In this document: one piece after another, positions 29,600 through 40,675 of the stretch
Layout: every line of letters begins with the position of its first letter
How positions within the stretch are numbered: position 1 is the first letter of the stretch
Source: Bacilli bacterium
GTDB taxonomy: Bacteria; Bacillota_I; Bacilli_A; RF39; UBA660
NCBI GenBank assembly: GCA_900769695.1
Contig: CAAGHO010000018.1
Coordinates: forward strand, 52,790-116,789
Reading direction: 5' to 3'
Length of the DNA stretch: 64,000 nt
Notes under the pieces: generated by a model
Told to the model about the DNA's origin: nothing
Databases searched by the model: none
The model's input: only the letters and a program-made list of their open reading frames with translations
Program-made: the position numbers and the translations under genes

Positions 29600-30258
29600 T
29601 TATGATCATCCCCAATAATACTCTCAATTTGTTTTGTTACATCTTCTTTTGGTTTATTACCATCTATTTCATATAAAACACCTAAATTTTTGTAATGTTC
29701 TATAATTGGTGTAACTTTTTCTAAATAAAGACTATATCTATTTTCAAATGCTTCTAAATTATCATCATTTCTTTGATAAAGTCTTCCTCCACAATTATCA
29801 CATATGGAATCAACTTGTGGCTTACTATCTTCAATATTGATATTGAATACAGCATCACAATCTTCACATACTCTTCTACCAATTACCCTTTTTTCTAATG
29901 TTTTCTTTTCGATATTAATTAATAGGACTGCACCAATATCATAGCCTAATCTTTTTAAAATATGATCATAGCGAAGTGCTTGATCAATATTTCTTGGAAA
30001 ACCGTCTATTATAAAACCATTTTTACAATCAGCTTTTCTTAGACGATTTTCAATTAGCTTATCGGTTATTTCATCCTTAACTAATTCTCCACTAGATAGA
30101 ACTTCAGCAACATATTGTCCTAATTCACTATTTTCTTCTGCTATATCTCTTAAGATATCACCAGTAGAAATATGTGGAATATGGTACTTAGCTTCAATAA
30201 TTTCAGCTTGAGTACCTTTTCCTCCAGCAGGTGGAGCAATAAACATTATATTCTTCAT
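29596..30258 (-). CDS. adk: Adenylate kinase
   Basis: APPAGGKGTQA P-loop; LID Zn-knuckle CEDC...CDNCGG. Confidence 0.9.
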   Translation of the reverse strand: MKNIMFIAPPAGGKGTQAEIIEAKYHIPHISTGDILRDIAEENSELGQYVAEVLSSGELVKDEITDKLIENRLRKADCKNGFIIDGFPRNIDQALRYDHILKRLGYDIGAVLLINIEKKTLEKRVIGRRVCEDCDAVFNINIEDSKPQVDSICDNCGGRLYQRNDDNLEAFENRYSLYLEKVTPIIEHYKNLGVLYEIDGNKPKEDVTKQIESIIGDDHK

Positions 30259-31526
30259 TATCTTCTATATCCTCGCTTATAATTTCTTGCAAGTAAACTA
30301 CCTTCTAATTGTTTGTAAGTTTCAAGTGCAACTCCAACTACGATTAATAAACCAGTACCACCGATTGAAACAGTTGTAGGCATACTTGTGAAATTAGAAA
30401 ATAGAATTGGAATACCTGCAATTATTACTAAGAATACAGCTCCTAAAACAGTTAATCTTGATAAGATTTTAACTAAATACTTTTGTGTATCATCACCTGG
30501 TCTAATACCTGGAATGTATCCACCATTTTCTTTCAAGTTTTTAGCAAATTCTTCTGGTTTTACTTGAATAAATGTATAAAAATATGCAAATAAGAATATT
30601 AGTATAACATATATTAAGAAACCAACTGGTGTAGTATAAGATAAGTACTTAGAAACAAATACTGAAAATGCTTCATTCTTTACTACTCTTGCTATAAATC
30701 CTGGAATAGAAATTAAACTTGATGCGAAAATTACTGGAATAACTCCTGCTGTATTAATCTTAATTGGCATGAAAGAACTTCCAGCATTTCCATATGCTGA
30801 TGTTGATTTATTAGCATATTGAATAGGAATTCTTCTTTCTGATTCTTGAACATAAATCATTCCAATTACAACTAAGAAATATACAATTACAAATAATATA
30901 AATTTAGTAATACCAAGTGCAGCCACTTGAACTGTATCAAATGTAACTAAGCTTTGGAAAGCTGTTACGAACATTTGAGGTAATGTAGCAATAATACCAG
31001 CCATGATAATTAAACTTGTACCATTACCAATACCTTTTTGAGTGATTTGATCACCCAACCATAACAAGAATGATGTACCAGCAGTTAATACTGTTGATAT
31101 ATATAAGTATTCCATTGGATTTCCATTTTTACCAATGAAAGCAAATGCGAATGCATAACCTTCTATAAAAGCAAAAGCTATACCCATATATCTTGTTATT
31201 GTATTTAATTTTTGACGTCCTGTTGGACCTTGTTTACTTAATTCTGTAAAATATGGAATAATATCCATTTGTAATAGCTGCATTATAATTGATGCAGTAA
31301 TGTAAGGCATAACACCTAAAGCAAATATTGAAAAATTCTTCAAAGCTCCTCCACCCATAGTGTTTAATAATTCAAGGAAACTTAAGTTTTCACTTAAATC
31401 TTCAGTTCCAGGAACACGAATTGATATTCCTAGAATAAAAATCATTAAAGCACCAAGTGTAAAATAAATTCTATGACGTAAGTCTTTATTTGTAGGAGTG
31501 AATAATTGCTTCATGGTTTTAAACAT
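30258..31526 (-). CDS. secY: Preprotein translocase subunit SecY
   Basis: 10-TM protein in the canonical position after rplO; GALKNFSIFALGVMPYITASIIMQLL. Confidence 0.95.
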   Translation of the reverse strand: MFKTMKQLFTPTNKDLRHRIYFTLGALMIFILGISIRVPGTEDLSENLSFLELLNTMGGGALKNFSIFALGVMPYITASIIMQLLQMDIIPYFTELSKQGPTGRQKLNTITRYMGIAFAFIEGYAFAFAFIGKNGNPMEYLYISTVLTAGTSFLLWLGDQITQKGIGNGTSLIIMAGIIATLPQMFVTAFQSLVTFDTVQVAALGITKFILFVIVYFLVVIGMIYVQESERRIPIQYANKSTSAYGNAGSSFMPIKINTAGVIPVIFASSLISIPGFIARVVKNEAFSVFVSKYLSYTTPVGFLIYVILIFLFAYFYTFIQVKPEEFAKNLKENGGYIPGIRPGDDTQKYLVKILSRLTVLGAVFLVIIAGIPILFSNFTSMPTTVSIGGTGLLIVVGVALETYKQLEGSLLARNYKRGYRR

Positions 31527-31527
31527 C

Positions 31528-31971
31528 CTAGATCACCTCAGCTTTACTTCCGCTTTCTTTGATCTTTTCTAAAGCACTAGTAGAAAATTTATTAGCTTGA
31601 ATAGTTAATTTCTTTTCTAATTTACCATTTCCTAATACTTTAATACCCTTTAATTGTTTTTTTATTATTCCTTTTTCTTTTAATAATGCTGGAGTAACAA
31701 CTGTACCGTTATCGAATACATTTAAATCTTCAACATTGATAACTGCATATTCAGTTTTGAATAAGTAGTTTGAGAAACCTCTTTTTGGAAGTCTTCTATA
31801 TAATGGTAATTGTCCACCTTCGAATACTGGATTAATACTACCACCACTACGTGCTTTTTGTCCCTTTTGTCCTTTTCCAGAAGTTTTTCCAAGTCCACTT
31901 CCTGGTCCACGACCTACACGCTTTTTGCTTTGCTTAGCTCCGATATTTTTCTCTAATTCATGTAACTTCAT
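31528..31971 (-). CDS. rplO: 50S ribosomal protein L15
   Basis: [34 protein letters not shown]. Confidence 0.95.
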   Translation of the reverse strand: MKLHELEKNIGAKQSKKRVGRGPGSGLGKTSGKGQKGQKARSGGSINPVFEGGQLPLYRRLPKRGFSNYLFKTEYAVINVEDLNVFDNGTVVTPALLKEKGIIKKQLKGIKVLGNGKLEKKLTIQANKFSTSALEKIKESGSKAEVI

Positions 31972-32477
31972 TATCCTAATATCTCCTCTACTGTTTTACC
32001 ACGTAATGCAGCAACTTCTTCTGGTGTTTTAATTGATGCTAATGCATTAACTGCAGCTCTAGCCATATTTAATTTTGTTCTTGCTCCAAGGGACTTTGAA
32101 ACAATATCACGAATTCCTGCTAATTCAAGAACAGCACGAACAGATCCACCAGCGATTACACCAGTACCAGCTTTAGCAGGTTTAATAATAACTCTTGCAG
32201 CTCCACTAGTTCCAATAGCTTCATGAGCAACTGTTCTTCCATCAATTAAAGGTATTTTAACGATGTTCTTATTAGCATCTTGAATAGCTTTTTTTATTGC
32301 ATCAGGTACTTCGTTAGCTTTACCAATACCTAATCCAACACGACCTTTTCTATCTCCAACAACAACTGTAGCAGAGAATCTTCTTTGACGTCCACCTTTG
32401 TTAACTTTAACAACACTTTTAACATCAATTACTAATTCTTCTAAAGTCTTGTCTTTTTCTTGTGCCTTTCTTTGCAT
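31971..32477 (-). CDS. rpsE: 30S ribosomal protein S5
   Basis: [36 protein letters not shown]. Confidence 0.95.
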   Translation of the reverse strand: MQRKAQEKDKTLEELVIDVKSVVKVNKGGRQRRFSATVVVGDRKGRVGLGIGKANEVPDAIKKAIQDANKNIVKIPLIDGRTVAHEAIGTSGAARVIIKPAKAGTGVIAGGSVRAVLELAGIRDIVSKSLGARTKLNMARAAVNALASIKTPEEVAALRGKTVEEILG

Positions 32478-32489
32478 AATAACCTCCTA

Positions 32490-32852
32490 TTAGAATTCTA
32501 ATCCATTCTCACGTGCAGCATCTGCTAAAGCAGCTACACGACCATGATAAAGATATCCACCTCTATCAAATACTACCTTTTTAATTTTTGCTTTTGAAGC
32601 TTTCTTAGCGATTGCTTCTCCAACAGCTTTAGCTGCTTCAATATTCTTTGTATTTTTAAGTTTTAAATCCTTATCAAGTGTTGAAGCAGAACAAAGAGTA
32701 GTTTTAGCCTCGTCATCAATTATTTGTGCATAAATTCCAGTATTTGAACGGAAAACACATAATCTTGGTACTTCAGCTGTTCCTTTAATTGAAGAACGAA
32801 TTCTTTCATGACGTACAATACGCATACTATTACGAGATTGTTTTTTTATCAT
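32490..32852 (-). CDS. rplR: 50S ribosomal protein L18
   Basis: [18 protein letters not shown]...[21 protein letters not shown]. Confidence 0.95.
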   Translation of the reverse strand: MIKKQSRNSMRIVRHERIRSSIKGTAEVPRLCVFRSNTGIYAQIIDDEAKTTLCSASTLDKDLKLKNTKNIEAAKAVGEAIAKKASKAKIKKVVFDRGGYLYHGRVAALADAARENGLEF

Positions 32853-32880
32853 TTTATTTTCTCCCTTCTATCTACTTGCC

Positions 32881-33411
32881 TTAAGCAGCTTTCTTTCCTT
32901 CTTTACGAATAATATGTTCATCTTTATAACGAATTCCTTTACCTTTATATGGTTCAGGTTTTCTAACTTTTCTAATATTAGCAGCAAATTCACCAACTAA
33001 TACTTTATCAATTCCTTTTACTGTAATTTCAGTATTGCTTACAGATTCAACTGTAAGACCTTCAGGAACTTCCATTTCTACTGGATGAGAATAACCAGCA
33101 TTAATAGTTAACTTTTTACCTTGAACATTGAAACGATAACCAACACCAATAATTTCAAGAGCCTTTTCGTAACCTTTAGTTACTCCAGTAATCATATTTG
33201 AAATTAATGCATTCATTGTTCCATGCATAGCTTTAGCAGCTTCATTTTTACGTTCTAAGATAATTTCATTGTTTTCTTGTTTCATAGTAATATCTTTTAA
33301 CATTACTTGTTTTAATTCACCCTTTGGTCCTTTTACAACAACTTCATTATTTTCTAAAGTTATTGTAACTCCTTCAGGAATTGTTATTATTCTATTTCCA
33401 ATACGGCTCAT
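32881..33411 (-). CDS. rplF: 50S ribosomal protein L6
   Basis: MSRIGNRIITIPEGVTIT... Confidence 0.95.
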   Translation of the reverse strand: MSRIGNRIITIPEGVTITLENNEVVVKGPKGELKQVMLKDITMKQENNEIILERKNEAAKAMHGTMNALISNMITGVTKGYEKALEIIGVGYRFNVQGKKLTINAGYSHPVEMEVPEGLTVESVSNTEITVKGIDKVLVGEFAANIRKVRKPEPYKGKGIRYKDEHIIRKEGKKAA

Positions 33412-33436
33412 CTTGACACCTCCTTATATTTTATAA

Positions 33437-33838
33437 TTACCAAATATAAGCTAGAACTTCCCCACCTATATTTTGTTTACGAGCTTCCTTATCTGTCATA
33501 ATTCCTTTAGATGTAGAAATAATTGCGATTCCTAATCCATTTAACACTTTAGGAATTTCATCATTTTTCGCATATACACGAAGTCCTGGTTTGGAAATTC
33601 TCTTAAGTCCAGTTATAACTCTTTCACGTTTTTCAGTATATTTTAAACTTAATACTAGAGTTCCTTGAACATTATCTTTTTCTAACTTGTAATCTTTAAT
33701 AAATCCTTCTTCTTTTAAAATTCTAGCAATTTCTTCTTTTACTTTTGATGCAGGAACTTTAACTTCTTCATAACGCATTTGGTTAGCATTACGAATACGA
33801 GTTAACATATCTGCAATTGTATCTGTAACTACTGCCAT
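33437..33838 (-). CDS. rpsH: 30S ribosomal protein S8
   Basis: [14 protein letters not shown]...GGEVLAYIW. Confidence 0.95.
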   Translation of the reverse strand: MAVVTDTIADMLTRIRNANQMRYEEVKVPASKVKEEIARILKEEGFIKDYKLEKDNVQGTLVLSLKYTEKRERVITGLKRISKPGLRVYAKNDEIPKVLNGLGIAIISTSKGIMTDKEARKQNIGGEVLAYIW

Positions 33839-33859
33839 AATTTATATCCTCCTTTCCAA

Positions 33860-34057
33860 TTACCAACTTGATTTTTTTATTCCTGGTATTTGTCCTTTAT
33901 AAGCTAATTCACGAAAGCAAATACGGCATATACCAAACTTGCTCATAACTGCATGTGGTCTACCACAATGAGAACATCTAGTATATTCACGTACTTTAAA
34001 CTTTTGTGGTCTATTAGCTTTAATTTTCATACTTTTTCTTGCCATTTTACCCTCCAA
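33860..34057 (-). CDS. rpsN: 30S ribosomal protein S14 type Z (zinc-binding short form)
   Basis: 61-65 aa with [10 protein letters not shown]...CRICFRE Zn-ribbon. Confidence 0.9.
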   Translation of the reverse strand: MEGKMARKSMKIKANRPQKFKVREYTRCSHCGRPHAVMSKFGICRICFRELAYKGQIPGIKKSSW

Positions 34058-34597
34058 TTACTTTCTAAAAGGAATTCCAAGTCCATTTAATAAGTCAAAT
34101 GATTCCTCATTAGTTTTTGCTGTTGTAACGAACACGATATCCATACCACGAACTTTTACAACTTCATCATAATCTATTTCAGCGAAAATCAATTGTTCCT
34201 TAATTCCCATTGTATAGTTTCCTCTTCCATCGAATGCACGAGGAGAAACTCCTCTAAAGTCACGAACTTGAGGTAATGCAATTGAAATTAATTTATCCAT
34301 AAAGTTATACATATTTTCTCCTCTTAATGTAACTTTACATCCAATTGATTGACCTTCTCTTACTTTAAATCCAGCAATTGATTTTCTAGCTTTAGTAACT
34401 ACTGGTTTTTGTCCAGAGATTTTAGCTAAGTCAGCTACTGCTGCATCTAATAATTTAGAATTTGATGTAGCATCTCCAACTCCCATATTAATAACTATTT
34501 TTTCTAGTTTAGGAGCCTCCATTACTGATTTATAATTATATTTATTCATTAAACTTGGAACAACTTCATTTAAGTATTTTTCTTTTAGGCGGTTCAT
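34058..34597 (-). CDS. rplE: 50S ribosomal protein L5
   Basis: MNRLKEKY...[18 protein letters not shown]. Confidence 0.95.
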   Translation of the reverse strand: MNRLKEKYLNEVVPSLMNKYNYKSVMEAPKLEKIVINMGVGDATSNSKLLDAAVADLAKISGQKPVVTKARKSIAGFKVREGQSIGCKVTLRGENMYNFMDKLISIALPQVRDFRGVSPRAFDGRGNYTMGIKEQLIFAEIDYDEVVKVRGMDIVFVTTAKTNEESFDLLNGLGIPFRK

Positions 34598-34615
34598 AAG
34601 TTACCCTCCTTTCAA

Positions 34616-34924
34616 TTAATCAAGCTTTTCGTTTGATTTTTTTGCTATTCTTATTTTTTTATTATTTTTATCTGTTGTATGTCCTATTCTAGTTCTTTTT
34701 TTAGATTTAGGATCAATAATCATTACATTAGATGCATGAATTGGTGCTTCTACTTCAACAATTCCACCAGAGTTTTGACCATTAGCTTTTTGATGTTTCT
34801 TTACAATATGAACACCTTCAACTATTACTCTGTTTTCTGCTCTAAGTGTCTTAATAATTTTTCCTTCTTTTCCTTTATCAGAACCAGTGATAACTACAAC
34901 TTTATCTCCAACTTTTAAGTTCAT
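34616..34924 (-). CDS. rplX: 50S ribosomal protein L24
   Basis: MNLKVGDKVVVITGSDKGKEGKI... Confidence 0.95.
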   Translation of the reverse strand: MNLKVGDKVVVITGSDKGKEGKIIKTLRAENRVIVEGVHIVKKHQKANGQNSGGIVEVEAPIHASNVMIIDPKSKKRTRIGHTTDKNNKKIRIAKKSNEKLD

Positions 34925-34936
34925 ATTATCCTCCTC

Positions 34937-35305
34937 TTATAGTACTTCTTTTGCTAAAGATACTATTTTCATATAATCTTTATCACGAAGTTCTCTTGCA
35001 ACTGGTCCAAAAATACGAGTTCCTACTGGACTCTTGTCATCCTTTATAATGACACAAGCATTGTCATCGAACTTAATATAACTTCCATCTTCACGACGAA
35101 CACCTTGACGGCTACGAACGATAACTGCTTTTACAACTTTTCCTTTTTTCATGTTTGAGTTAGGTATTGCATTTTTAACAGTACCAACTACAACATCACC
35201 AATATTTCCAGTTTTAACATGACTACCACCAAGTACACGAATTACTAATAATTCACGTGCTCCAGAGTTGTCAGCAACCTTCATACGACTTTCTTGTTGT
35301 AACAT
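34937..35305 (-). CDS. rplN: 50S ribosomal protein L14
   Basis: [28 protein letters not shown]... Confidence 0.95.
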   Translation of the reverse strand: MLQQESRMKVADNSGARELLVIRVLGGSHVKTGNIGDVVVGTVKNAIPNSNMKKGKVVKAVIVRSRQGVRREDGSYIKFDDNACVIIKDDKSPVGTRIFGPVARELRDKDYMKIVSLAKEVL

Positions 35306-35330
35306 AAATTATTCCTCCTCACCTAAGCAA

Positions 35331-35609
35331 TTAAATAATTACTGCTTCTTTTACAATTTCTTTTAAGTAGAAATGTTTAGTTTTTGAAATTGGTCTTGTT
35401 GCAACTATACGAACTACATCTCCTACTTTTGCTTTATTTGTTTCATCATGAACACAATACTTTTTAGAGCTTTTAACTCTTTTATGATATAATGGATGAT
35501 TTTTATAACTTTCAACTAAAACGGTAATAGTTTTATTGTTAGTAGCACTAACTACTTTACCAACTAATTCTTTTTTAATCGCTTTTTCCATATACATCCT
35601 CCTATTCAT
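35331..35609 (-). CDS. rpsQ: 30S ribosomal protein S17
   Basis: [30 protein letters not shown]. Confidence 0.95.
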   Translation of the reverse strand: MNRRMYMEKAIKKELVGKVVSATNNKTITVLVESYKNHPLYHKRVKSSKKYCVHDETNKAKVGDVVRIVATRPISKTKHFYLKEIVKEAVII

Positions 35610-35811
35610 TTACTTCGCGTTCTTTAAGAACGGTTTTCATTCTAGCAACGGTGTGTCTTAAATCTCTAATTCTTGAAGGCTTTTCAAGATTACCTGTTGC
35701 TTGTTGAAAACGTAAATTAAATAGTTCTTTTTTTGTTTCTACTAATTTAGCTTGAATTTCTTCAGTAGATAATTCTCTAATTTCTTTAACCTTCATTTTA
35801 TTCACCACCAT
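35602..35811 (-). CDS. rpmC: 50S ribosomal protein L29
   Basis: [31 protein letters not shown]. Confidence 0.95.
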   Translation of the reverse strand: MVVNKMKVKEIRELSTEEIQAKLVETKKELFNLRFQQATGNLEKPSRIRDLRHTVARMKTVLKEREVNE

Positions 35812-36217
35812 TTTCTTTCTTTACAAATTTTGTGGCAACTGGTAATTTGTGTGATGCTAATCTTAATGCTTCACGAGCAACTTCTTCGCTAACTCCAGAA
35901 ATTTCGAACATGATTTTTCCTTCTTTAACTACAGCAACCCATCCTTCAACATTACCTTTACCTTTACCTTGACGAGTACCAATTGGTTTTTTAGTTAGTG
36001 GCATGTGTGGGAATATATTAATCCAAACTTTACCACCACGTTTCATATAACGAGTCATAGCAACACGAGCAGCTTCAATTTGGTTAGCAGTAATCCAAGC
36101 ACCACTTTTTGCTTGAAGACCATATTCACCAAAGCTTAATGTTGTATTTCCTCTTGACTTTCCTTCGTAAGGTAATCTATGCACACGACGATGCTTTGTT
36201 CTTGACGGTATTAACAT
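35798..36217 (-). CDS. rplP: 50S ribosomal protein L16
   Basis: [14 protein letters not shown]... Confidence 0.95.
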   Translation of the reverse strand: MLIPSRTKHRRVHRLPYEGKSRGNTTLSFGEYGLQAKSGAWITANQIEAARVAMTRYMKRGGKVWINIFPHMPLTKKPIGTRQGKGKGNVEGWVAVVKEGKIMFEISGVSEEVAREALRLASHKLPVATKFVKKENGGE

Positions 36218-36218
36218 A

Positions 36219-36872
36219 TTAATTACCTCCTTTAGCCTTTTTTGAATTTAGGATTTCTCCTTTATAGATCCATACCTTTACACCAATTTTACCAAATGTT
36301 GTATCAGCTTCACTTGTAGCATAATCAACATCTGCTCTTAATGTATGTAGAGGAATAGTTCCTTCAGTGTATCCTTCGCTACGTGCCATATCAGCACCAC
36401 CTAGACGTCCAGATACTGATGTTTTAATTCCCTTAGCTCCAGCTTTCATAGCGTTTCTAATAGCACGTTTTTGAGCCATACGGAATGATGCTCTATTAGT
36501 AATTTGGTTAGCTATTGAATCAGCAACTAATTGAGCATTTAAATCTACTTTTTTAATATCAACGATTGAAATTTGAACGTTTTCATCTGCAACCTTTGAT
36601 AATGTTTTCTTTAGTTTTTCAATTTCTTCTCCACCACGGCCAATCATAACACCTGGTTTAGAAGTATGAATTACAACTTCACATCTCTTGGCATTTCTTT
36701 CAATTTCAACCTTAGCAATACCAGCGTTCTTTAAATTTTCTTCTATATATTTACGAAGTTTAATATCTTTATCTAAATATTTAGAGAAATCTTTTTTATT
36801 TGAATACCATTTAGCTTCCCAGTCTTTATTGATACCAAGTCTAAGTCCATTAGGATTTACCTTTTGTCCCAT
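36219..36872 (-). CDS. rpsC: 30S ribosomal protein S3
   Basis: [23 protein letters not shown]; KH domain. Confidence 0.95.
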   Translation of the reverse strand: MGQKVNPNGLRLGINKDWEAKWYSNKKDFSKYLDKDIKLRKYIEENLKNAGIAKVEIERNAKRCEVVIHTSKPGVMIGRGGEEIEKLKKTLSKVADENVQISIVDIKKVDLNAQLVADSIANQITNRASFRMAQKRAIRNAMKAGAKGIKTSVSGRLGGADMARSEGYTEGTIPLHTLRADVDYATSEADTTFGKIGVKVWIYKGEILNSKKAKGGN

Positions 36873-36889
36873 TCTTGTAACCTCCTTAA

Positions 36890-37222
36890 TTATTTTGTAG
36901 CCACTGTTATTATAATGTGACTAGTTCTATGATTATTGTGTCCGATATGAGAACGTGAATCAAACATATGACGTTTCATAACTGGACCAGCATCTACTCT
37001 TGCTTCTTTTACATATAATGTAGCTTGATCTGCCCCATTATTATTAACAGCGTTAGCTATTGCTGAATCTAAAACTTTTTTAGTCATTCTAGCAGCTTTA
37101 TTATTAACGTTTGCTAATATATTTAATGCTTCATTAACATTCTTACCACGAATTAGATCAGCTATTAAACGAGCTCTAATTGGTGAAATACGAAGCATCT
37201 TTGCAATTGCTCTTGCTTCCAT
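36890..37222 (-). CDS. rplV: 50S ribosomal protein L22
   Basis: [31 protein letters not shown]. Confidence 0.95.
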   Translation of the reverse strand: MEARAIAKMLRISPIRARLIADLIRGKNVNEALNILANVNNKAARMTKKVLDSAIANAVNNNGADQATLYVKEARVDAGPVMKRHMFDSRSHIGHNNHRTSHIIITVATK

Positions 37223-37246
37223 TTACTTTTCCTCCTAGTCAATATT

Positions 37247-37516
37247 TTATTTCTTTTTATCTGAACCATGTCCACCGAATTTACGAGTTAATGCAAACTC
37301 TCCAAGTTTATGTCCAACCATATCTTCAGTAACATAAACAGGGATAAATTCTTTACCATTGTGAACTGCAAATGTGTGTCCTATAAAATCAGGAAAAATA
37401 GTAGAACGACGTGACCAAGTTTTAATAACTTCTTTTTTTCCAGACTTATTTAATTCTTGAACCTTTTTAAGTAATCTATCAAAAACATAAGGTCCCTTTT
37501 TTAAACTTCTTGCCAT
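37247..37516 (-). CDS. rpsS: 30S ribosomal protein S19
   Basis: [11 protein letters not shown]...[32 protein letters not shown]. Confidence 0.95.
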   Translation of the reverse strand: MARSLKKGPYVFDRLLKKVQELNKSGKKEVIKTWSRRSTIFPDFIGHTFAVHNGKEFIPVYVTEDMVGHKLGEFALTRKFGGHGSDKKK

Positions 37517-37532
37517 TATTTATCATCCTTTC

Positions 37533-38363
37533 CTATTTACCATTACGACGACGTACAATAAACTTATCAGATTGTTTTTTCTTACGTGTCTTATATCCAA
37601 GTGCAGGTTTACCCCAAGGTGTAACTGGTGCTTTACGTCCAATTGGTGCACGTCCTTCACCACCACCATGTGGATGGTCATTAGGGTTCATAACAGATCC
37701 ACGTACTGTAGGTCTAACTCCCATATGACGTTTACGTCCTGCTTTTCCAACTTTTACAAGTGATGAGTCTTCATTTCCAACTTCACCAATTGTTGCCATA
37801 CAAGTTCCAAGAACTTTTCTTTGTTCTCCACTTGATAAACGAATCATTACATATTTTCCTTCACGACCAAGGATTTGAGCTGATGAACCAGCACTTCTTG
37901 CTAATTCTCCACCTTTTCCTGGACGAAGTTCAATATTATGAATTGTAGTACCAACAGGAATTGACATAATAGGTAATGCATTACCAACTTTTATATCAGC
38001 TCCTTCTCCTGATTCAACTTTCATACCTACTGCTAAGTTCTTTGGAGCGATAATATATCTTTTTTCTCCATCTACATAATTGATTAATGCAATATTAGCA
38101 GTTCTGTTTGGATCATATTCTATACTTGCTACAACTCCAGGTACGTTAAATTTATTTCTTTTAAAATCAATGATACGATATTTTCTTTTAACACCGCCGC
38201 CTTGATGACGAACAGTAATCTTACCTTGATTATTACGTCCAGCATTTTTCTTTAATGTAACAACTAGACTTTTTTCAGGAGTAGTTTTAGTAATTTCAGT
38301 GTTTACTAAAGTACTCATCTTTCTACGTCCTGGTGTAGTAGGTTTATAATTTCTTATTGCCAT
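37533..38363 (-). CDS. rplB: 50S ribosomal protein L2
   Basis: [14 protein letters not shown]; GRNN.G.IT.RH.GGG. Confidence 0.95.
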   Translation of the reverse strand: MAIRNYKPTTPGRRKMSTLVNTEITKTTPEKSLVVTLKKNAGRNNQGKITVRHQGGGVKRKYRIIDFKRNKFNVPGVVASIEYDPNRTANIALINYVDGEKRYIIAPKNLAVGMKVESGEGADIKVGNALPIMSIPVGTTIHNIELRPGKGGELARSAGSSAQILGREGKYVMIRLSSGEQRKVLGTCMATIGEVGNEDSSLVKVGKAGRKRHMGVRPTVRGSVMNPNDHPHGGGEGRAPIGRKAPVTPWGKPALGYKTRKKKQSDKFIVRRRNGK

Positions 38364-38378
38364 AATTTTTTATCCTCC

Positions 38379-38663
38379 TTAACCAAGATCAATTGTTTGG
38401 CCTTCCTTAAGTGTAACAATAGCTTTCTTTGATCTATTAGTCATACCTGTATAACGACCAACTCTTCTTTTTTTAGGTTTTTCATTTATTGTTTTAATTG
38501 ATGTAACTTTAACATCAAATATTTTTTCAATAGCAGCCTTAATTTCAGTCTTATTAGCTCTTGGATCAACTTTGAAAGTATATTGTCCAGCTTCTTTTGC
38601 TATTTGACTCTTTTCAGTAATTACTGGTGCTTTGATAATTTCTAAATATTTAGTATCTTGCAT
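38379..38663 (-). CDS. rplW: 50S ribosomal protein L23
   Basis: [11 protein letters not shown]..........F.V...ANK.EIK.AIEKIF.VKV. Confidence 0.95.
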   Translation of the reverse strand: MQDTKYLEIIKAPVITEKSQIAKEAGQYTFKVDPRANKTEIKAAIEKIFDVKVTSIKTINEKPKKRRVGRYTGMTNRSKKAIVTLKEGQTIDLG

Positions 38664-39289
38664 TATGCTAGCACCTCCTCAATTTTTGCTAAAGCATCTT
38701 TTGTTACTACTAAGTAATCAGCTCCAACTAAATCTAATGGACTAATTTCTTCTGGTGTAACTAAGAATACGTTAGCTAAATTTCTAGTAGCTAAAATTGT
38801 ATTTTCATCAAATTCATTTACTACTAATAAAACTTTCTTATCAGCAACTTTTAATGCTTCTAATACTTTTTTGAAATCTTTAGTCTTAGGTGTTGCTAAA
38901 ACTAATTCTTCTAATACGATAATTGCATTTTCTAAAGCTTTATGAGAATAAGCTGATTTAATAGCAATTTGTCTTTCTTTACGATTTTGTTTTTTACTAT
39001 AATCGCGAGGTACTGGAGTTCCGTATCTTCCTCCACCTACCCATTGAACAGCTCTAATTGAACCTTGACGAGCATGTCCTGTTCCTTTTTGTCTCCATGG
39101 TTTTCTTCCACCACCACTAACTTCTGAACGAGTTTTTGTTGAATGTGTTCCTTGTCTAAGTGATGCACGTCCTAAAATAATTGCATCATATAAAACTTTA
39201 TCATTTGGAGTAACACCAAATACATTTTCATTTAATTTAACATCATTAATTTTTTCACCTTTTATATTGAAAAGATCTACTTTTTTCAT
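38663..39289 (-). CDS. rplD: 50S ribosomal protein L4 (start placed at internal ATG with strong RBS)
   Basis: [13 protein letters not shown]... preceded by aaaggaggaaatgatATG. The ORF-track start at 39334 adds 15 codons that overlap this RBS. Confidence 0.9.
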   Translation of the reverse strand: MKKVDLFNIKGEKINDVKLNENVFGVTPNDKVLYDAIILGRASLRQGTHSTKTRSEVSGGGRKPWRQKGTGHARQGSIRAVQWVGGGRYGTPVPRDYSKKQNRKERQIAIKSAYSHKALENAIIVLEELVLATPKTKDFKKVLEALKVADKKVLLVVNEFDENTILATRNLANVFLVTPEEISPLDLVGADYLVVTKDALAKIEEVLA

Positions 39290-39354
39290 ATCATTTCCTC
39301 CTTTCATCACATTATTTATCATAGTTTTATTCATATTATTTAGCCTGCGATGAT

Positions 39355-40095
39355 TTATTCTGCTGCATTTTCTACTTCTTCAACAGTAGCTTCTGCATTT
39401 TCTTCTGGTGTATCTATAACTTCAACTTCTTCTACATAAGTAATTAAGTCAGCTGGAGTTTTAACTACATCAGGATTTTTTACAGCTGTACGAATGATAA
39501 CTAATGATTGTTTTGGACCTGGAACATTTCCTTTTACAAGGATTACGTTATTTTCTGTATCTATAGAAATAACTTCTAGATTTTGAATTGTTGTTTTAAC
39601 ATTACCCATGTGTCCTGGCATTTTTTTACCTTTAAGAACATGCATTGGTAACATTGTACCAAGTGAACCAACACCTCTATGATATTGAGAACCATGTCCC
39701 ATAGGACCACGAGATTGGTTGTGACGTTTAATAACGCCTTGGAATCCTTTACCTTTACTGATTCCACTTACATCAACCATTTCCCCTTCTTTAAAAGTAT
39801 CAACTGAAATGATTTGTCCTAATGAATAATCACTTGTATTAATACCTCTAATTTCTCTTAAGAAGCGCTTAGGTTCAGTATTTGCTTTCTTTGTATGACC
39901 CAATTGTGGTTTGTTGACAACTTTTTCTCTTACAGTTCCTGTAGCAAGTTGAACAGCATCATAACCATCTTTTTCAACTGTTTTAATTTGAGTAACAACG
40001 TTTGGTTCTACTTCAATAACAGTAACCGGAATTAATTTACCATTTTTAGTAAATACTTGAGTCATTCCGATTTTTTTACCTAAGATTCCTTTCAT
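39355..40095 (-). CDS. rplC: 50S ribosomal protein L3
   Basis: [25 protein letters not shown]. Confidence 0.95.
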   Translation of the reverse strand: MKGILGKKIGMTQVFTKNGKLIPVTVIEVEPNVVTQIKTVEKDGYDAVQLATGTVREKVVNKPQLGHTKKANTEPKRFLREIRGINTSDYSLGQIISVDTFKEGEMVDVSGISKGKGFQGVIKRHNQSRGPMGHGSQYHRGVGSLGTMLPMHVLKGKKMPGHMGNVKTTIQNLEVISIDTENNVILVKGNVPGPKQSLVIIRTAVKNPDVVKTPADLITYVEEVEVIDTPEENAEATVEEVENAAE

Positions 40096-40112
40096 TTTCT
40101 AATCCTCCTAAA

Positions 40113-40424
40113 TTATTTTGTTTTAATATCAATATCAACACCGCTTGGTAAATCTAAATGAGCTAACGCATCAATAGTTTCCTTACTTGGATTTTTGATA
40201 TCTATAAGTCTCTTGTGTGTACGCATTTCGAATTGTTCACGAGAATCTTTATATTTATGAACAGCTCTTAAAATTGTAAACTTTTCTATTTCAGTTGGAA
40301 GTGGAACTGGTCCAGAAATTTCTCCGCCTGATCTTTTAATCGTTTCAACAATTTTAGTAGCCGCATTATCTAAAACTCTGTGATCATAAGCTTTTAAACG
40401 AATACGAACTGTTGCTTTTGACAT
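40113..40424 (-). CDS. rpsJ: 30S ribosomal protein S10
   Basis: [14 protein letters not shown]...I..TA...GA...[32 protein letters not shown]. Confidence 0.95.
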   Translation of the reverse strand: MSKATVRIRLKAYDHRVLDNAATKIVETIKRSGGEISGPVPLPTEIEKFTILRAVHKYKDSREQFEMRTHKRLIDIKNPSKETIDALAHLDLPSGVDIDIKTK

Positions 40425-40548
40425 TTATATATCCTCCCTTCGCCTATATCTAGTATAGACTTGCTCCATGCAAATAACCCAATACTTAGTTAGCAACTTA
40501 ACCTAGTGTATCGACAACCTTGCATATCTAAGCAGTCACACAGTTAAA

Positions 40549-40578
40549 ATTATAGCACACTACTGGCTTATTTTGCAA
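40549..40578 (-). promoter_or_regulatory. Sigma-A-type promoter of the S10 operon (TTGCAA -35, 18-nt spacer, TGcTATAAT extended -10), about 115-nt leader
   Basis: Minus-strand read: aaaaatgcTTGCAAaataagccagtagtgTGcTATAATtttaactg; upstream of rpsJ. Confidence 0.55.
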
Positions 40579-40675
40579 GCATTTTTTGTCGTTTTATAAG
40601 AAAAAAATTAGGCTATCATAAAAACTTATTCAAAAAAATTTCTTTTAATGAATATTTATAGCCTAATTATTATTA

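Noticed and set aside
31722-31910. 62-aa minus-strand ORF
   Set aside because: Alternative frame inside rplO.
34679-34918. 79-aa + strand ORF
   Set aside because: Antisense to rplX; low-complexity AT-rich translation.
36688-36900. 70-aa + strand ORF
   Set aside because: Antisense to rpsC/rplV.
37510-37948. Three short + strand ORFs (37510..37728, 37572..37763, 37760..37948)
   Set aside because: All antisense to rplB; spurious.
39290-39334. N-terminal 15-codon extension of rplD in the ORF track
   Set aside because: The extension covers the AGGAGG RBS of the internal ATG, which gives the conserved MKKVDL start.
39576-39767. 63-aa minus-strand ORF
   Set aside because: Alternative frame inside rplC.
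40425-40548. Possible tRNA or ncRNA in the GC-richer region upstream of rpsJ
   Set aside because: No cloverleaf can be folded; the position and adjacent promoter fit an S10-operon 5' leader.
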